Shown here one piece after another: positions 45,632-57,438 of a DNA stretch of 64,000 nt. The stretch comes from Macrostomum hystrix. Lineage: Eukaryota; Animalia; Platyhelminthes. The notes below the pieces were generated by a model. It saw only the letters and a list, made by a program, of their open reading frames with translations. It made no database searches and had not been told where the DNA came from. The stretch lies in contig CATNEN010000025.1 of the NCBI GenBank assembly GCA_950097015.1, positions 372,001 to 436,000 of the forward strand, given 5' to 3'. A program made the position numbers and the translations under genes. The first letter of the stretch is position 1, and each line of letters opens with the position of its first letter.

Positions 45632-47522
45632 ATGTCGGCCGCAGACACCGCCCGCAGTGGCGAAGTCGGCACCCAGACGGAACCGCCCAAGGTGGACGCT
45701 GGCATCCAGGCCGAGCTGTCTGATCTCCAGGCTCCGGCACCTGCCCCTCCGGCAGCCGCAGGTGGGGTGCCGCAGACGCCCCGTCCGGTTACTAGCACCA
45801 ATGGAGCTGGTCGACCCGCCACCAATGCGTCACGAAGGCCGTCGACGCAGAATCGAAGCAAGCCGGCCACGGCGGCCTCAGCTTTTTCGACCAATCAGCA
45901 GCAGGCGCTGAAGCCTCAGCGCCAGCAGCCGCCACCGATGCAGGTTTGACCATAGACTATTATCTTTGGCTGGAAGAGGGACAGGGTGATGCAAGGGTAT
46001 CTTGTAATTGGTTTTAGATTTTATAAGTGTAATACGCTCGTAAATGATTATATGAATCGGATCGAAACGTATGAATGCGTAACGCATTAACAGTAAAAGT
46101 AACCCCACTTCATAAAATTTTTGCTGCACGTTTACGGAGCAACGCAAGTACACAAAGTTCTAGAAATTTTACACACCTTCTGAAATAATGATCAAGTCAC
46201 CGCATCTCCAGAACGTCGAGATATTCAATGATTCAAGGTCCACTTTTTCGCCTTGCATAAAGTGCTAATGCATTCATTCCAACCCTGTAAGGCAGCTTAA
46301 TACAGCTTTGGAAAGCGTTCAAATTTCATCAGCCTTTGGTGTCTGCTGAACTTCACCTAAGCGGATCTTCTGGATCTTCAACGAATGGAACCAATCGGTT
46401 GCAAAGGTCTTTAATTTCGCTCATCAAGCCCTGAAAAGTACGCTTGACCAGTTGAAACAGCAAAGTTAATAATAATAATAATTGCAGGAGGGCTGCGGGC
46501 AGTGGCACATCATTTGGTGACACTAGACCCGCAGCCAGCGAGGAGGCAATTCTGCCCATTTCGCTGACTCCTGAGCACACACGCACACAGATACTGCACG
46601 CAGGCACTATGCTCACACAGGTGTGTACATCTGCCCTGACTTTCTCGTCGTCAGGCAGTGTACATTTCACTGTGCCTTGGAGGTTGGCCCTCAAGGGCGT
46701 AAATTGCACGACAAGCCCCCAAGCCTTCTCTCCGCGGCTGCGCCCCAAATAAATGTGGCCTCGCCGTGGAATCGAACTTAGGGACCGTGGTGCGAGAGGC
46801 AAACTCGATAACCGCTCTGCCACGAACCCCCTAACAGCAAAGTTATCTTCGAAAAGTCACTGCGAGCTGCTCAGGCAGAGCTAAAAAATTATCTTAACAA
46901 ACCCGATCAATTTCCGAGACAATCAATGAACGGATGAAATAGAGATCACCACCGTAGTACATGTAGGCGCGATTTAAAATGAGTAGCCATCGCCCCCACC
47001 CAACCTCCATTCGCACAGCAGCGATCGACACCGTCAACGGCGCGTGAGCTGGCCGGCCAGCCGGGCATTCTGTTCGTCGACAACGATCGCGCCTGGCGCC
47101 AATTTCAAGAGTCATCGCCGAATCAGAGACAGCGTGGCGGCGCCGAGTGCACGCCGATGGTGTACAGCTACAACCCGGATCCCCGCCTGCGCACCTGGCA
47201 GAGCCTCGAGCACGCTAGGCTACACCAGATGGGCCTGAGCAGCAAGCTGAGCAGGCGGTACAATGTCCAGCGCTCGCGGCAGTTCGTGCCAGTCGGCCTG
47301 CACATGCGCAACCAGCCGACGGAGCTGCGTGCCGCCTTCCTGCCGCCGTTAGCCGAGGAGTTTAGCGACACCGGGCGAAAGAAGAACGACGTGGCGCCGT
47401 TTCTCACCTTCCAGAAGCCCACCTGCGGCTTTTTCTTCTCCCGCGAGACCGAAAATAGGAAGATCAAACACGGCCTCGCGCCGGCCGATCTGCCAAGCTG
47501 GGGCGTCGACCTGCAGCAGTGA
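45632..47522 (+). CDS. Uncharacterised protein, about 271 aa, with a disordered Pro/Ala/Gln-rich N-half and a compact-looking C-terminal region; exons 45632..45943 and 47019..47522
   Basis: GC-rich codon-like exons; phase-0 junction CAG|GTTTGA..CGCACAG|CAG gives one open frame; the intron contains a SINE. Family not recognised. Confidence 0.68.
46468..46830 (-). mobile_element. tRNA-derived SINE, family B, full length
   Basis: Minus strand: A box TGGCAGAGCGG, B box GTTCGATTCC, about 300-nt body, (ATT)n tail; homologous to copies at 17.7, 58.1 and 59.6 kb. Confidence 0.82.
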
Positions 47523-48044
47523 CCACCGGCGCTGGAGATTCAGTTTATTTTATTTTTAGCTACTTAGCGACAGTCGATACAAGTAGGCTGTTAAGCGCCT
47601 CATTTTTTAAAACAGATAGTTAGAGGCGATCTTTAGATTTTAAACTGCAACTCTGTTTACTTAAAAAGCGCTTTTAAATTGTCAGAAATTTCCTGTAGTT
47701 CCTATAACTTTAATTTTTCAAAACATAAAAATTCCCCAGAAAAAATAAATTAGAGCGCATGAATGCTTTGAGTATTTGCTCAAAAGTAAAATTATTTCTG
47801 CTTTGACGCGTCTCGAAATAAAAAGGCCTGCCCTCTTTCGATATTATTTTTTGTTAATTTGTTACACTTAAAGTCTAAAGAATACAGATTTTTTGGATTT
47901 CATGATCGTGGAGTTGCTTTCGAAAAATTCCAGCATGCAAATGCTCAGCAGCCAATAGGTCTGCTTACGGACTGTTTTGCATTGCTCTGAGACTTGACTC
48001 TATTGACTCTATCCCTGCCAACCATGGGATTCCCCGATAGCTGC

Positions 48045-48052
48045 TATAAATA
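48045..48052 (+). promoter_or_regulatory. Candidate TATA box of the calmodulin-like gene
   Basis: TATAAATA about 50 nt upstream of the ATG at 48096, with a CCAAT near 47953. Confidence 0.4.
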
Positions 48053-48095
48053 CGGAATGTGGAATGCATGAATGCCTGCTTCCTACAATCTTACC

Positions 48096-51000
48096 ATGGA
48101 ACCAAAGGAGCTCACACATTCGCAAGTATCAGGTGAGCCTCGAGGAACATTCGATTTCAAGATTTAGAAAAAAATAATACTCGCTCTCACTGCTCTCACT
48201 GCTCTCACTGTCTGCTCTCACTGCTCTCACTGCTCTCACTGCTCTCACTGCTCTCATTGTCTGCTCTCACTGCTCTCACTGCTCTCAATGTCTGCTCTCA
48301 CTGCTCTCACTGCTCTCACTGCTCTCACTGCTCTCACTGCTCTCACTGCTCTCACTGTCTGCTCTCACTGCTCTCACTGCTCTCACTGCTCTCACTGCTC
48401 TCACTGCTCTCACTGCTCTCACTGTCTGCTCTCACTGCTCTCACTGCTCTCACTGCTCTCACTGACTGCTTTTGCCTTCTGCTCTCGCTCTCGCCCCCCG
48501 CTCTCGCCACCCGCTCTAGTCACCCGCACTCGCCTTACGCTCTCGTTCTCGCTCTTACTGTTCTCACTACTTTCACTGTTCTCACTGTCTGCTCTCACTG
48601 CTCTCACTTTCTGCTCTCACTGCTCTCACTGCTCTCACTGTCCGCTCTCACTGCTCTCACTGTCTGCTCTCACTGCTCACACTGCTCTAACTGTCTGCTC
48701 TCACTGCTCTCATTTTCTGCTCTCGCTGCTCTCACTGACTACTTTTGCCTTCTGCTCTCGCCATCCGCCATCGCCACCCGCTCTAGTCACCCGCACTCGC
48801 CTTACGCTCTCGTTCTCGCTCTTACTGTTCTCACTACTTTCACTGTTCTTACTGTCTGCTCTCACTGCTCTCACTTTCTGCTCTCACTGCTCTCACTGCT
48901 CTTACTGTCTGTTGTCACTGTCTGCTCTCACTGCTCTTACTGTCTGCTCTCACTGCTCTCGCTGTCTGTTCTCACTGTCTGCTCTCACCTATCCAATCGT
49001 CCTCGCACCAGAGATTCGCGAAGCGTTCGCCCTGTTCGACAAGAACTCCGATGGCCTGATCAGCTCGGAGGAGCTGGCCGATGCGATGCGCGCTCTGGGC
49101 CGACGCCCCGGGCCAGCGGAACTGCAGGACATGCTGCGACAGGTGGACGAGGACGGCAAGTTGAACTTCGGGGCACCTTCGACTATTGGGAATCTAGAAT
49201 AGTTGGCAAGATCACAAAGAACGAAACGAAATCAATGCGCCCATTTTTGATAGCTTGGCTAACTCGACCCCAGAAGAGGTATTTTGTATCGAACAGACCA
49301 CACTTCTCTAGTACATCTCGTAGATTGGATTTAATTATCCGAGCATGATTCTCAGTCTGTCTTTCGAGCATGTCGAGTAAGCCGACGGTAGTCCTTCAGA
49401 TGGAATTAATTGAGAGAAATTCACAAACAACTGATGGACAATCTGAGCGCGCTGGCAGTTCAATCGATGGGTCAATATCGATCGGATGCTCACAGGCTTG
49501 AGCTTAAAATTCTACATGTCCGCCCCCCGCTCAATTCACTTAAAGGCGACGGGACAATCGACTTTGACGAGTTCGTCAAGATGATGTCGCAGCGGATGCT
49601 TGCCGATGAAAGACAGAAGAGTCAGCAAAAGAGACGGCTGCGACGGGCCTTCGCTGTGAGCAGTAGCAGCAGTAGTAGTATTTGTAACAGCAGTAGTAGT
49701 ATTTGTAGCAGTAGTACTATTTGTAACAGCAGTAGTAGTATTTGTAACAGCAGTAGTAGTATTTGTAACAGCAGTAGTAGTATTTGTAACAGCAGTAGTA
49801 GTATTTGTAGCAGCAGTAGTAGTATTTGTAACAGCAGTAGTAGTATTTGTAGCAGTAGTAGTAGTATTTGTAACAGCAGTAGTAGTATTTGTAACAGCAG
49901 TAGTAGTATTTGTAACAGCAGTAGTAGTATTTGTAACAGCAGTAGTACTATTTGTAACAGCAGTAGTAGTACTATTTGTAACAGCAGTAGTAGTACTATT
50001 TGTAACAGCAGTAGTAGTATTTGTAACAGCAGTAGTAGTACTATTTGTAGCAGCAGTAGTATTATTTGTAACAGCAGTAGTAGTATTTGTAACAGCAGTA
50101 GTAGTATTTGTAACAGCAGTAGTAGTATTTGTAATAGCAGTAGTAGTATTTGTAACAGCAGTAGTAGTATTTGTAACAGCAGTAGTAGTATTTGTAACAG
50201 CAGTAGTAGTATTTGTAACAGCAGTAGTAGTATTTGTAACAGCAGTAGTAGTATTTGTAACAGCAGTAGTAGTATTTGTAACAGCAGTAGTAGTATTTGT
50301 AACAGCAGTAGTACTATTTGTAACAGCAGTAGTAGTATTTGTAACAGCAGTAGTACTATTTGTAACAGCAGTAGTAGTATTTGTAACAGCAGTAGTACTA
50401 TTTGTAACAGCAGTAGTAGTATTTGTAACAGCAGTAGTAGTATTTGTAACAGCAGTAGTAGTACTATTTGTAACAGCAGTAGTAGTATTTGTAACAGCAG
50501 TAGTAGTATTTGTAACAGCAGTAGTACTATTTGTAACAGCAGTAGTAGTATTTGTAACAGCAGTAGTAGTATTTGTAACAGCAGTAGTAGTACTATTTGT
50601 AACAGCAGTAGTAGTATTTGTAACAGCAGTAGTACTATTTGTAACAGCAGTAGTAGTATTTGTAACAGCAGTAGTAGTATTTGTAACAGCAGTAGTAGTA
50701 CTATTTGTAACAGCAGTAGTAGTATTTGTAACAGCAGTAGTAGTATTTGTAACAGCAGTAGTAGTATTTGTAACAGCAGTAGTATTTGTAACAGCAGCAG
50801 TAGTATTTGTAACAGCAGTAGTACTATTTGTAACAGCAGTAGTAGTATTTGTAACAGCAGTAGTATTTGTAACAGCAGCAGTAGTATTTGTAACAGCAGT
50901 AGTAGTACTATTTGTAACAGCAGTAGTAGTACTATTTGTAACAGCAGTAGTAGTATTTGTAACAGCAGTAGTAGTATTTGTAACAGCAGTAGTAGTATTT

Positions 51001-54000
51001 GTAACAGCAGTAGTAGTATTTGTAACAGCAGTAGTACTATTTGTAACAGCAGTAGTAGTATTTGTAACAGCAGTAGTACTATTTGTAACAGCAGTAGTAG
51101 TATTTGTAACAGCAGTAGTACTATTTGTAACAGCAGTAGTAGTATTTGTAACAGCAGTAGTAGTATTTGTAACAGCAGTAGTAGTACTATTTGTAACAGC
51201 AGTAGTAGTATTTGTAACAGCAGTAGTAGTATTTGTAACAGCAGTAGTACTATTTGTAACAGCAGTAGTAGTATTTGTAACAGCAGTAGTAGTATTTGTA
51301 ACAGCAGTAGTACTATTTGTAACAGCAGTAGTAGTATTTGTAACAGCAGTAGTACTATTTGTAACAGCAGTAGTAGTATTTGTAACAGCAGTAGTACTAT
51401 TTGTAACAGCAGTAGTAGTATTTGTAACAGCAGTAGTAGTATTTGTAACAGCAGTAGTAGTACTATTTGTAACAGCAGTAGTAGTATTTGTAACAGCAGT
51501 AGTAGTATTTGTAACAGCAGTAGTAGTATTTGTAACAGCAGTAGTATTTGTAACAGCAGCAGTAGTATTTGTAACAGCAGTAGTACTATTTGTAACAGCA
51601 GTAGTAGTATTTGTAACAGCAGTAGTATTTGTAACAGCAGCAGTAGTATTTGTAACAGCAGTAGTAGTACTATTTGTAACAGCAGTAGTAGTACTATTTG
51701 TAACAGCAGTAGTAGTATTTGTAACAGCAGTAGTAGTACTATTTGTAGCAGCAGTAGTATTATTTGTAACAGCAGTAGTAGTATTATTTGTAGCAGCAGT
51801 AGTACTATTTGTAACAGCAGTAGTAGTATTTGTAACAGCAGTAGTAGTATTTGTAACAGCAGTAGTATTTGTAACAGCAGCAGTAGTATTTGTAACAGCA
51901 GTAGTAGTATTTGTAACAGCAGTAGTAGTATTTGTAACAGCAGTAGTAGTACTATTTGTAACAGCAGTAGTAGTATTTGTAACAGCAGTAGTAGTATTAT
52001 TTGTAACAGCAGTAGTAGTACTATTTGTAACAGCAGTAGTACTATTTGTAACAGCAGTAGTAGTATTTGTAACAGCAGTAGTAGTATTTGTAACAGCAGT
52101 AGTACTATTTGTAACAGCAGTAGTAGTATTTGTAACAGCAGTAGTATTTGTAACAGCAGCAGTAGTATTTGTAACAGCAGTAGTACTATTTGTAACAGCA
52201 GTAGTAGTATTTGTAACAGCAGTAGTAGTATTTGTAACAGCAGTAGTATTTGTAACAGCAGTAGTATTTGTAACAGCAGTAGTATTTGTAACAGCAGTAG
52301 TACTATTTGTAACAGCAGTAGTACTATTTGTAACAGCAGTAGTAGTATTTGTAACAGCAGTAGTATTTGTAACAGCAGCAGTAGTATTTGTAACAGCAGT
52401 AGTAGTACTATTTGTAACAGCAGTAGTAGTACTATTTGTAACAGCAGTAGTAGTATTTGTAACAGCAGTAGTAGTATTTGTAGCAGTAGTAGTACTATTT
52501 GTAGCAGCAGTAGTAGTATTTGTAACAGCAGTAGTAGTATTTGTAACAGCAGCAGTAGTATTTGTAACAGCAGTAGTACTATTTGTAGCAGCAGTAGTAG
52601 TATTTGTAACAGCAGTAGTAGTATTTGTAACAGCAGTAGTAGTATTTGTAACAGCAGTAGTAGTACTATTTGTAGCAGCAGTAGTAGTATTTGTAACAGC
52701 AGTAGTAGTATTTGTAACAGCAGTAGTATTTGTAACAGCAGCAGTAGTATTTGTAACAGCAGTAGTAGTACTATTTGTAACAGCAGTAGTAGTACTATTT
52801 GTAACAGCAGTAGTAGTATTTGTAACAGCAGTAGTAGTACTATTTGTAGCAGCAGTAGTAGTATTTGTAACAGCAGCAGTAGTATTTGTAACAGCAGTAG
52901 TAGTACTATTTGTAACAGCAGTAGTAGTACTATTTGTAACAGCAGTAGTAGTATTTGTAACAGCAGTAGTAGTATTATTTGTAACAGCAGTAGTAGTATT
53001 ATTTGTAACAGCAGTAGTAGTATTTGTAACAGCAGTAGTACTATTTGTAACAGCAGTAGTAGTATTTGTAACAGCAGTAGTAGTATTTGTAACAGCAGTA
53101 GTATTATTTGTAACAGCAGTAGTAGTATTTGTAACAGCAGTAGTATTATTTGTAACAGCAGTAGTATTATTTGTAACAGCAGTAGTATTCTTTGTAACAG
53201 CAGTAGTATTATTTGTAACAGCAGTAGTAGTATTTGTAACAGCAGTAGTAGTATTTGTAACAGCAGTAGTAGTATTATTTGTAACAGCAGTAGTAGTATT
53301 ATTTGTAACAGCAGTAGTAGTATTTGTAACAGCAGTAGTATAATTTGTAACAGCAGTAGTAGTATTATTTGTAACAGCAGTAGTAGTATTTGTAACAGCA
53401 GTAGTAGTAGTATTTGTAACAGCAGTAGTACTATTTGTAACAGCAGTAGTAGTATTTGTAACAGCAGTAGTATTATTTGTAACAGCAGTAGTACTATTTG
53501 TAACAGCAGTAGTATTATTTGTAACAGCAGTAGTAGTATTTGTAACAGCAGTAGTATTATTTGTAACAGCAGTAGTACTATTTGTAACAGCAGTAGTATT
53601 CTTTGTAACAGCAGTAGTAGTATTTGTAACAGCAGTAGTATAATTTGTAACAGCAGTAGTAGTATTTGTAACAGCAGTAGTACTATTTGTAACAGCAGTA
53701 GTACTATTTGTAACAGCAGTAGTACTATTTGTAACAGCAGTAGTATTTGTAACAGCAGTAGTAGTATTTGTAACAGCAGTAGTACTATTTGTAACAGCAG
53801 TAGTACTATTTGTAACAGCAGTAGTATAATTTGTAACAGCAGTAGTAGTATTTGTAACAGCAGTAGTAGTATTTGTAACAGCAGTAGTAGTATTTGTAAC
53901 AGCAGTAGTAGTATTTGTAACAGCAGTAGTAGTATTTGTAACAGCAGTAGTACTATTTGTAACAGCAGTAGTACTATTTGTAACAGCAGTAGTACTATTT

Positions 54001-55462
54001 GTAACAGCAGTAGTATAATTTGTAACAGCAGTAGTAGTATTTGTAACAGCAGTAGTACTATTTGTAACAGCAGTAGTACTATTTGTAACAGCAGTAGTAG
54101 TATTTGTAACAGCAGTAGTATAATTTGTAACAGCAGTAGTAGTATTTGTAGCAGTAGTAGTATTTGTAACAGCAGTAGTAGTATTTGTAGCAGTAGTAGT
54201 AGTATTTGTAGCAGAAGTAGTATAGTAGTTGTAACAGCAGTAGTTGTATTTGTAGCAGATGTAGTTTAAGCTTTAATAGTAGTATTCGTAGCAACAGTGT
54301 TTGTAAGACACTTCAGTTCGCCGCCCTCCCCAGTCCACGGACTGAACAGCTGTGCGCAGCCTTAGAATGCTATTCACTGTACATCTAGCCCATATTAGTA
54401 GTTCAGTAGAGCAGTTAATTAGTTGTGCGATACTTATTATGGTATTTTAGCTTCTTCGGTATTTTTTATTGCGCAAATATTTTCGTTCGTGCTGAAAATT
54501 TTATCATTTTTATGCACTAAACTTTTTCCTACTACTTTTAGTAGTTTATTCAGGTCAATACAAGCTAAATCTCTGCCGCCAAGTCACGCAGGTATTCGAC
54601 AAGAACGGGGACGGCGTAATCGACGCTGGTGATTTAAAGCGGCTCACAGATCAGCTCTTTGATGTTGCCGCCGGGTCAGCGGGGTCAACGCTGCTCACGG
54701 ACGCCGAGGTGGAGGAAATGGTGCGAGTGGCCGACACTAACGGCGACGGATGTGTCGACTTTGATGGTGCGCAGTCGAAAGAAAGTTTCTTCGAAATCCC
54801 CCATCCGCCGCCTTCCTCTCATGTCCATTGATGGACCGCCGCATTCCTCTCATGTACTTTGATGGACCGCCGCATTCCTCTCATGTACTTTGATGGACCG
54901 CCGCATTCCTCTCATGTACTTTGATGGACCGCCGCATTCCTCTCATGTACTTTGATCGACCGCCGCATTCCTCTCATATCCTTTGATGGACCGCCGCCTT
55001 TCTCTCATGTCCTTTAATGGACCGCCGCCTTTTTCTAACGCCCTTTGATGGACCGCCACCTTCCTCTCATGTCCTTTGATGGACCGCCGCCTCTGTGTTC
55101 TTCGCCTCTGTAGCCACCTTCATTTATCTCTTTGCTCTTTGATGGTTGGCGGCTTGTCCGCCCTCTCCTCTTTGACGGGTCACCACCTCGTCTGTCTTTT
55201 TATGCTTAAAAAGCATAAAGCATGTCTCTCAGAGACACCATCGCGCGAAAGATTCTGAAAGAAGCAACTTAAAAAGCCAATCATATAGCTTGTTCTTCTG
55301 TGCTATAAGCTGTCCGAAATTCCTGATTATTTTATGTTCAGATGATAACCGCTAACTCTAACCCTAACCCTAACCCTCGACATTCTAGAATTCGTTGCAA
55401 TAGTTTCGGCGACAAACGACTGCACAGTCGAATCTGATGACGCCATCGACACAGAAAATTGA
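48096..55462 (+). CDS. Calmodulin-like four-EF-hand protein, 179 aa; exons 48096..48132, 49012..49155, 49546..49655, 54592..54766, 55389..55462
   Basis: MEPKELTHSQVSEIREAFALF; loops DKNSDGLISSEE, DEDGDGTIDFDE, DKNGDGVIDAGD, DTNGDGCVDFDE. Phases are consistent (total 540 nt) if intron 2 uses a GC donor. Confidence 0.88.
48181..48990. repeat. (CTGCTCTCA)n compound array with an internal ~270-bp duplication, calmodulin-like intron 1
   Basis: Block TTTTGCCTTCTGCTCTCG...CACTCGCCTTACGCTCTCG occurs twice (~48470 and ~48745). Confidence 0.9.
49657..54270. repeat. About 4.6-kb satellite of TTTGTAACAGC(AGT)nA(CTA/TTA) units (18-27 bp), calmodulin-like intron 3
   Basis: Unit lengths vary in steps of 3 nt. 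Confidence 0.97.
54305..54395 (+). mobile_element. SINE family A, 3' fragment
   Basis: CCCCAGTCCACGGACTGAACAGCTGTGCGCAGCCTT matches the family A 3' body. Confidence 0.6.
54828..55090. repeat. 31-bp minisatellite (TTTGATGGACCGCCGCATTCCTCTCATGTAC), calmodulin-like intron 4
   Basis: About 8 units, degenerating towards the 3' end. Confidence 0.9.
55352..55377. repeat. Short interstitial telomere-like tract (CCCTAA)n
   Basis: CTAACTCTAACCCTAACCCTAACCCT just before the last calmodulin-like acceptor. Confidence 0.6.
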
Positions 55463-56022
55463 TCGTCGGAATTGACTAATTGCATGCAACTATTTCCAAT
55501 CAAACATGTCTAGTTTAGACACCTTAGACACTTACGCTCATACAATCATGGCCCATTCATTAATGAGCTTCCATCAGTAGCGCGCAGTCAACTAGCTCAC
55601 AGTGCGCCGACAATGTACTAAAATACTAACAATTTTAGCTTTGTTAGTGCGCTAACTGTGGAAACAGCGATAGATGACACCCGAACTAGACCAACAAGAT
55701 GCATATACAATAATAAAACATTCGCCGGGAGTGCTAGTACATGGGCGACAATCGATTCCCTATTCCGCCCATTCCTGGTACCCTGAGCACACATCTGATC
55801 TGACTTCTCCATTATCAGGCGGGTAGCTACGAGTAGATTAAGTGCGCAAGGCGAATGAGTACGAATTCGGAAAAGCGAGCTCTTAATCTTACACAGTCCG
55901 GAATAGGCGCGCAGAAATTATGATGGATATCGGAATAAATGCGCAGGTTTTTTGCATGATTCTGAACAATCTCGCTGACCATTTCCATTGTGGTGAATTT
56001 GAATTCTCAGAATATAGAGAGC

Positions 56023-56400
56023 AAGTGACAATATATACGAGGGTAATCCTGGTTCGACACTGTTTATGCTAGTGACAAAATATACGAGGGTAATCCAGGT
56101 TCGACACAGTTTATGCTAGTGACAAAATATATGAGGGTAATCCAGGTTCGACACAGTTTATGCTAGTGACAAAATATACGAGGGTAATCCAGGTTCGACA
56201 CTGTTCATGCTAGTGACAAAATATACGAGGGTAATCCAGGTTCGACACTGTTCATGCTAGTGACAAAATATACGAGGGTAATCCAGGTTCGACACTGTTC
56301 ATGCTAGTGACAAAATATACGAGGGTAATCCAGGTTCGACACTGTTCATGCTAGTGACAAAATATACGAGGGTAATCCAGGTTCGACACTGTTCATGCTA
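56023..56400. repeat. 47-bp minisatellite (GCTAGTGACAAAATATACGAGGGTAATCCAGGTTCGACACTGTTCAT)
   Basis: 8 units. Confidence 0.95.
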
Positions 56401-57073
56401 GGTCCATCAGTCTACCCAGGCCGAGATGTACTTCTTTGTTATTGAAACCAATTTGTGTCTGAATTCTTCGTGACTCTATCTTTTTTAGAATTTTTATGAA
56501 TCGAATTGAAATTCCGGTCGCGGTTTGTAATTAATTTCGTGGGTCGGTCGCTGGTTCCATTCCAGGCCGATTGGAAATGCTGGAATTGATAGAATTCCTT
56601 TCCGGTATTGTGCACGCAACTCAGTGATAACTCACTATTCTCAAATTCTTTTCTCCTAGACCAAATATATAAGCGAAAATTAAAAACGTCATGACTTTTT
56701 CTGCCACAATCATGCCACTGAGCTGTTAATAAAAATATGCCTTCCTGTGACTTTCAAGATGATGAAGTGCCGGCAACAACTTGACACACCTATTAATCAA
56801 CAGGTTATTTGTTGCGTTTCTCACCTGGTCTAGTACGAGTAGTTATTGATCTTTGTTATCTAGCGTTATCTTTATTCTCTGTGCTCCGTGCAAAATACTA
56901 AACCAGAGCAAGCAGATTTTTCAGACGATAGAAGAGAAGACATCGGTAAGAAAATCTTATTAGCAAGACAGTCCGAAAAGTACTTTTCCGATGTAGCATC
57001 CCTCAAAGCATCTGCACAGACCCTTTGAAGTGTAAATCTATATCAGAGTTGACTGCGCTGCAAAAGGCTTAAT

Positions 57074-57438
57074 CCCATGCTGTGGACTCAAATCCCATGC
57101 TGTGGACTCAAATCCGATGCTTATGACTCAAATCCGATGCTTATGACTTAAATCCGATGCTTATGACTCAAATCCGATGCTTATGACTCAAATCCGATGC
57201 GGTGAACTCAAATCCGATGCGGTGAACTCGAATCCGATGCGGTGAACTCAAATCCGATGCGGTGAACTCAAATCCGATGCTGTGGACACAAATTCGATGC
57301 TTATGACTCAAGTTCGATGCTTACGACTCAAATCCGATGCTGTGGACTCGAATCCGATGCTTATGACTCAAATCCGATGCTTATGACTCAAATCCGATGC
57401 TTATGACTCAAATCCGATGCTTATGACTCAAATCCGAT
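57074..57438. repeat. 20-bp minisatellite (GACTCAAATCCGATGCTTAT and variants)
   Basis: About 18 units. Confidence 0.93.

Noticed and set aside
56023-56400. CRISPR-like regular repeats (also 12647..13378, 39776..40197)
   Set aside because: Units are head-to-tail with no unique spacers, there are no cas genes, and the context is eukaryotic.
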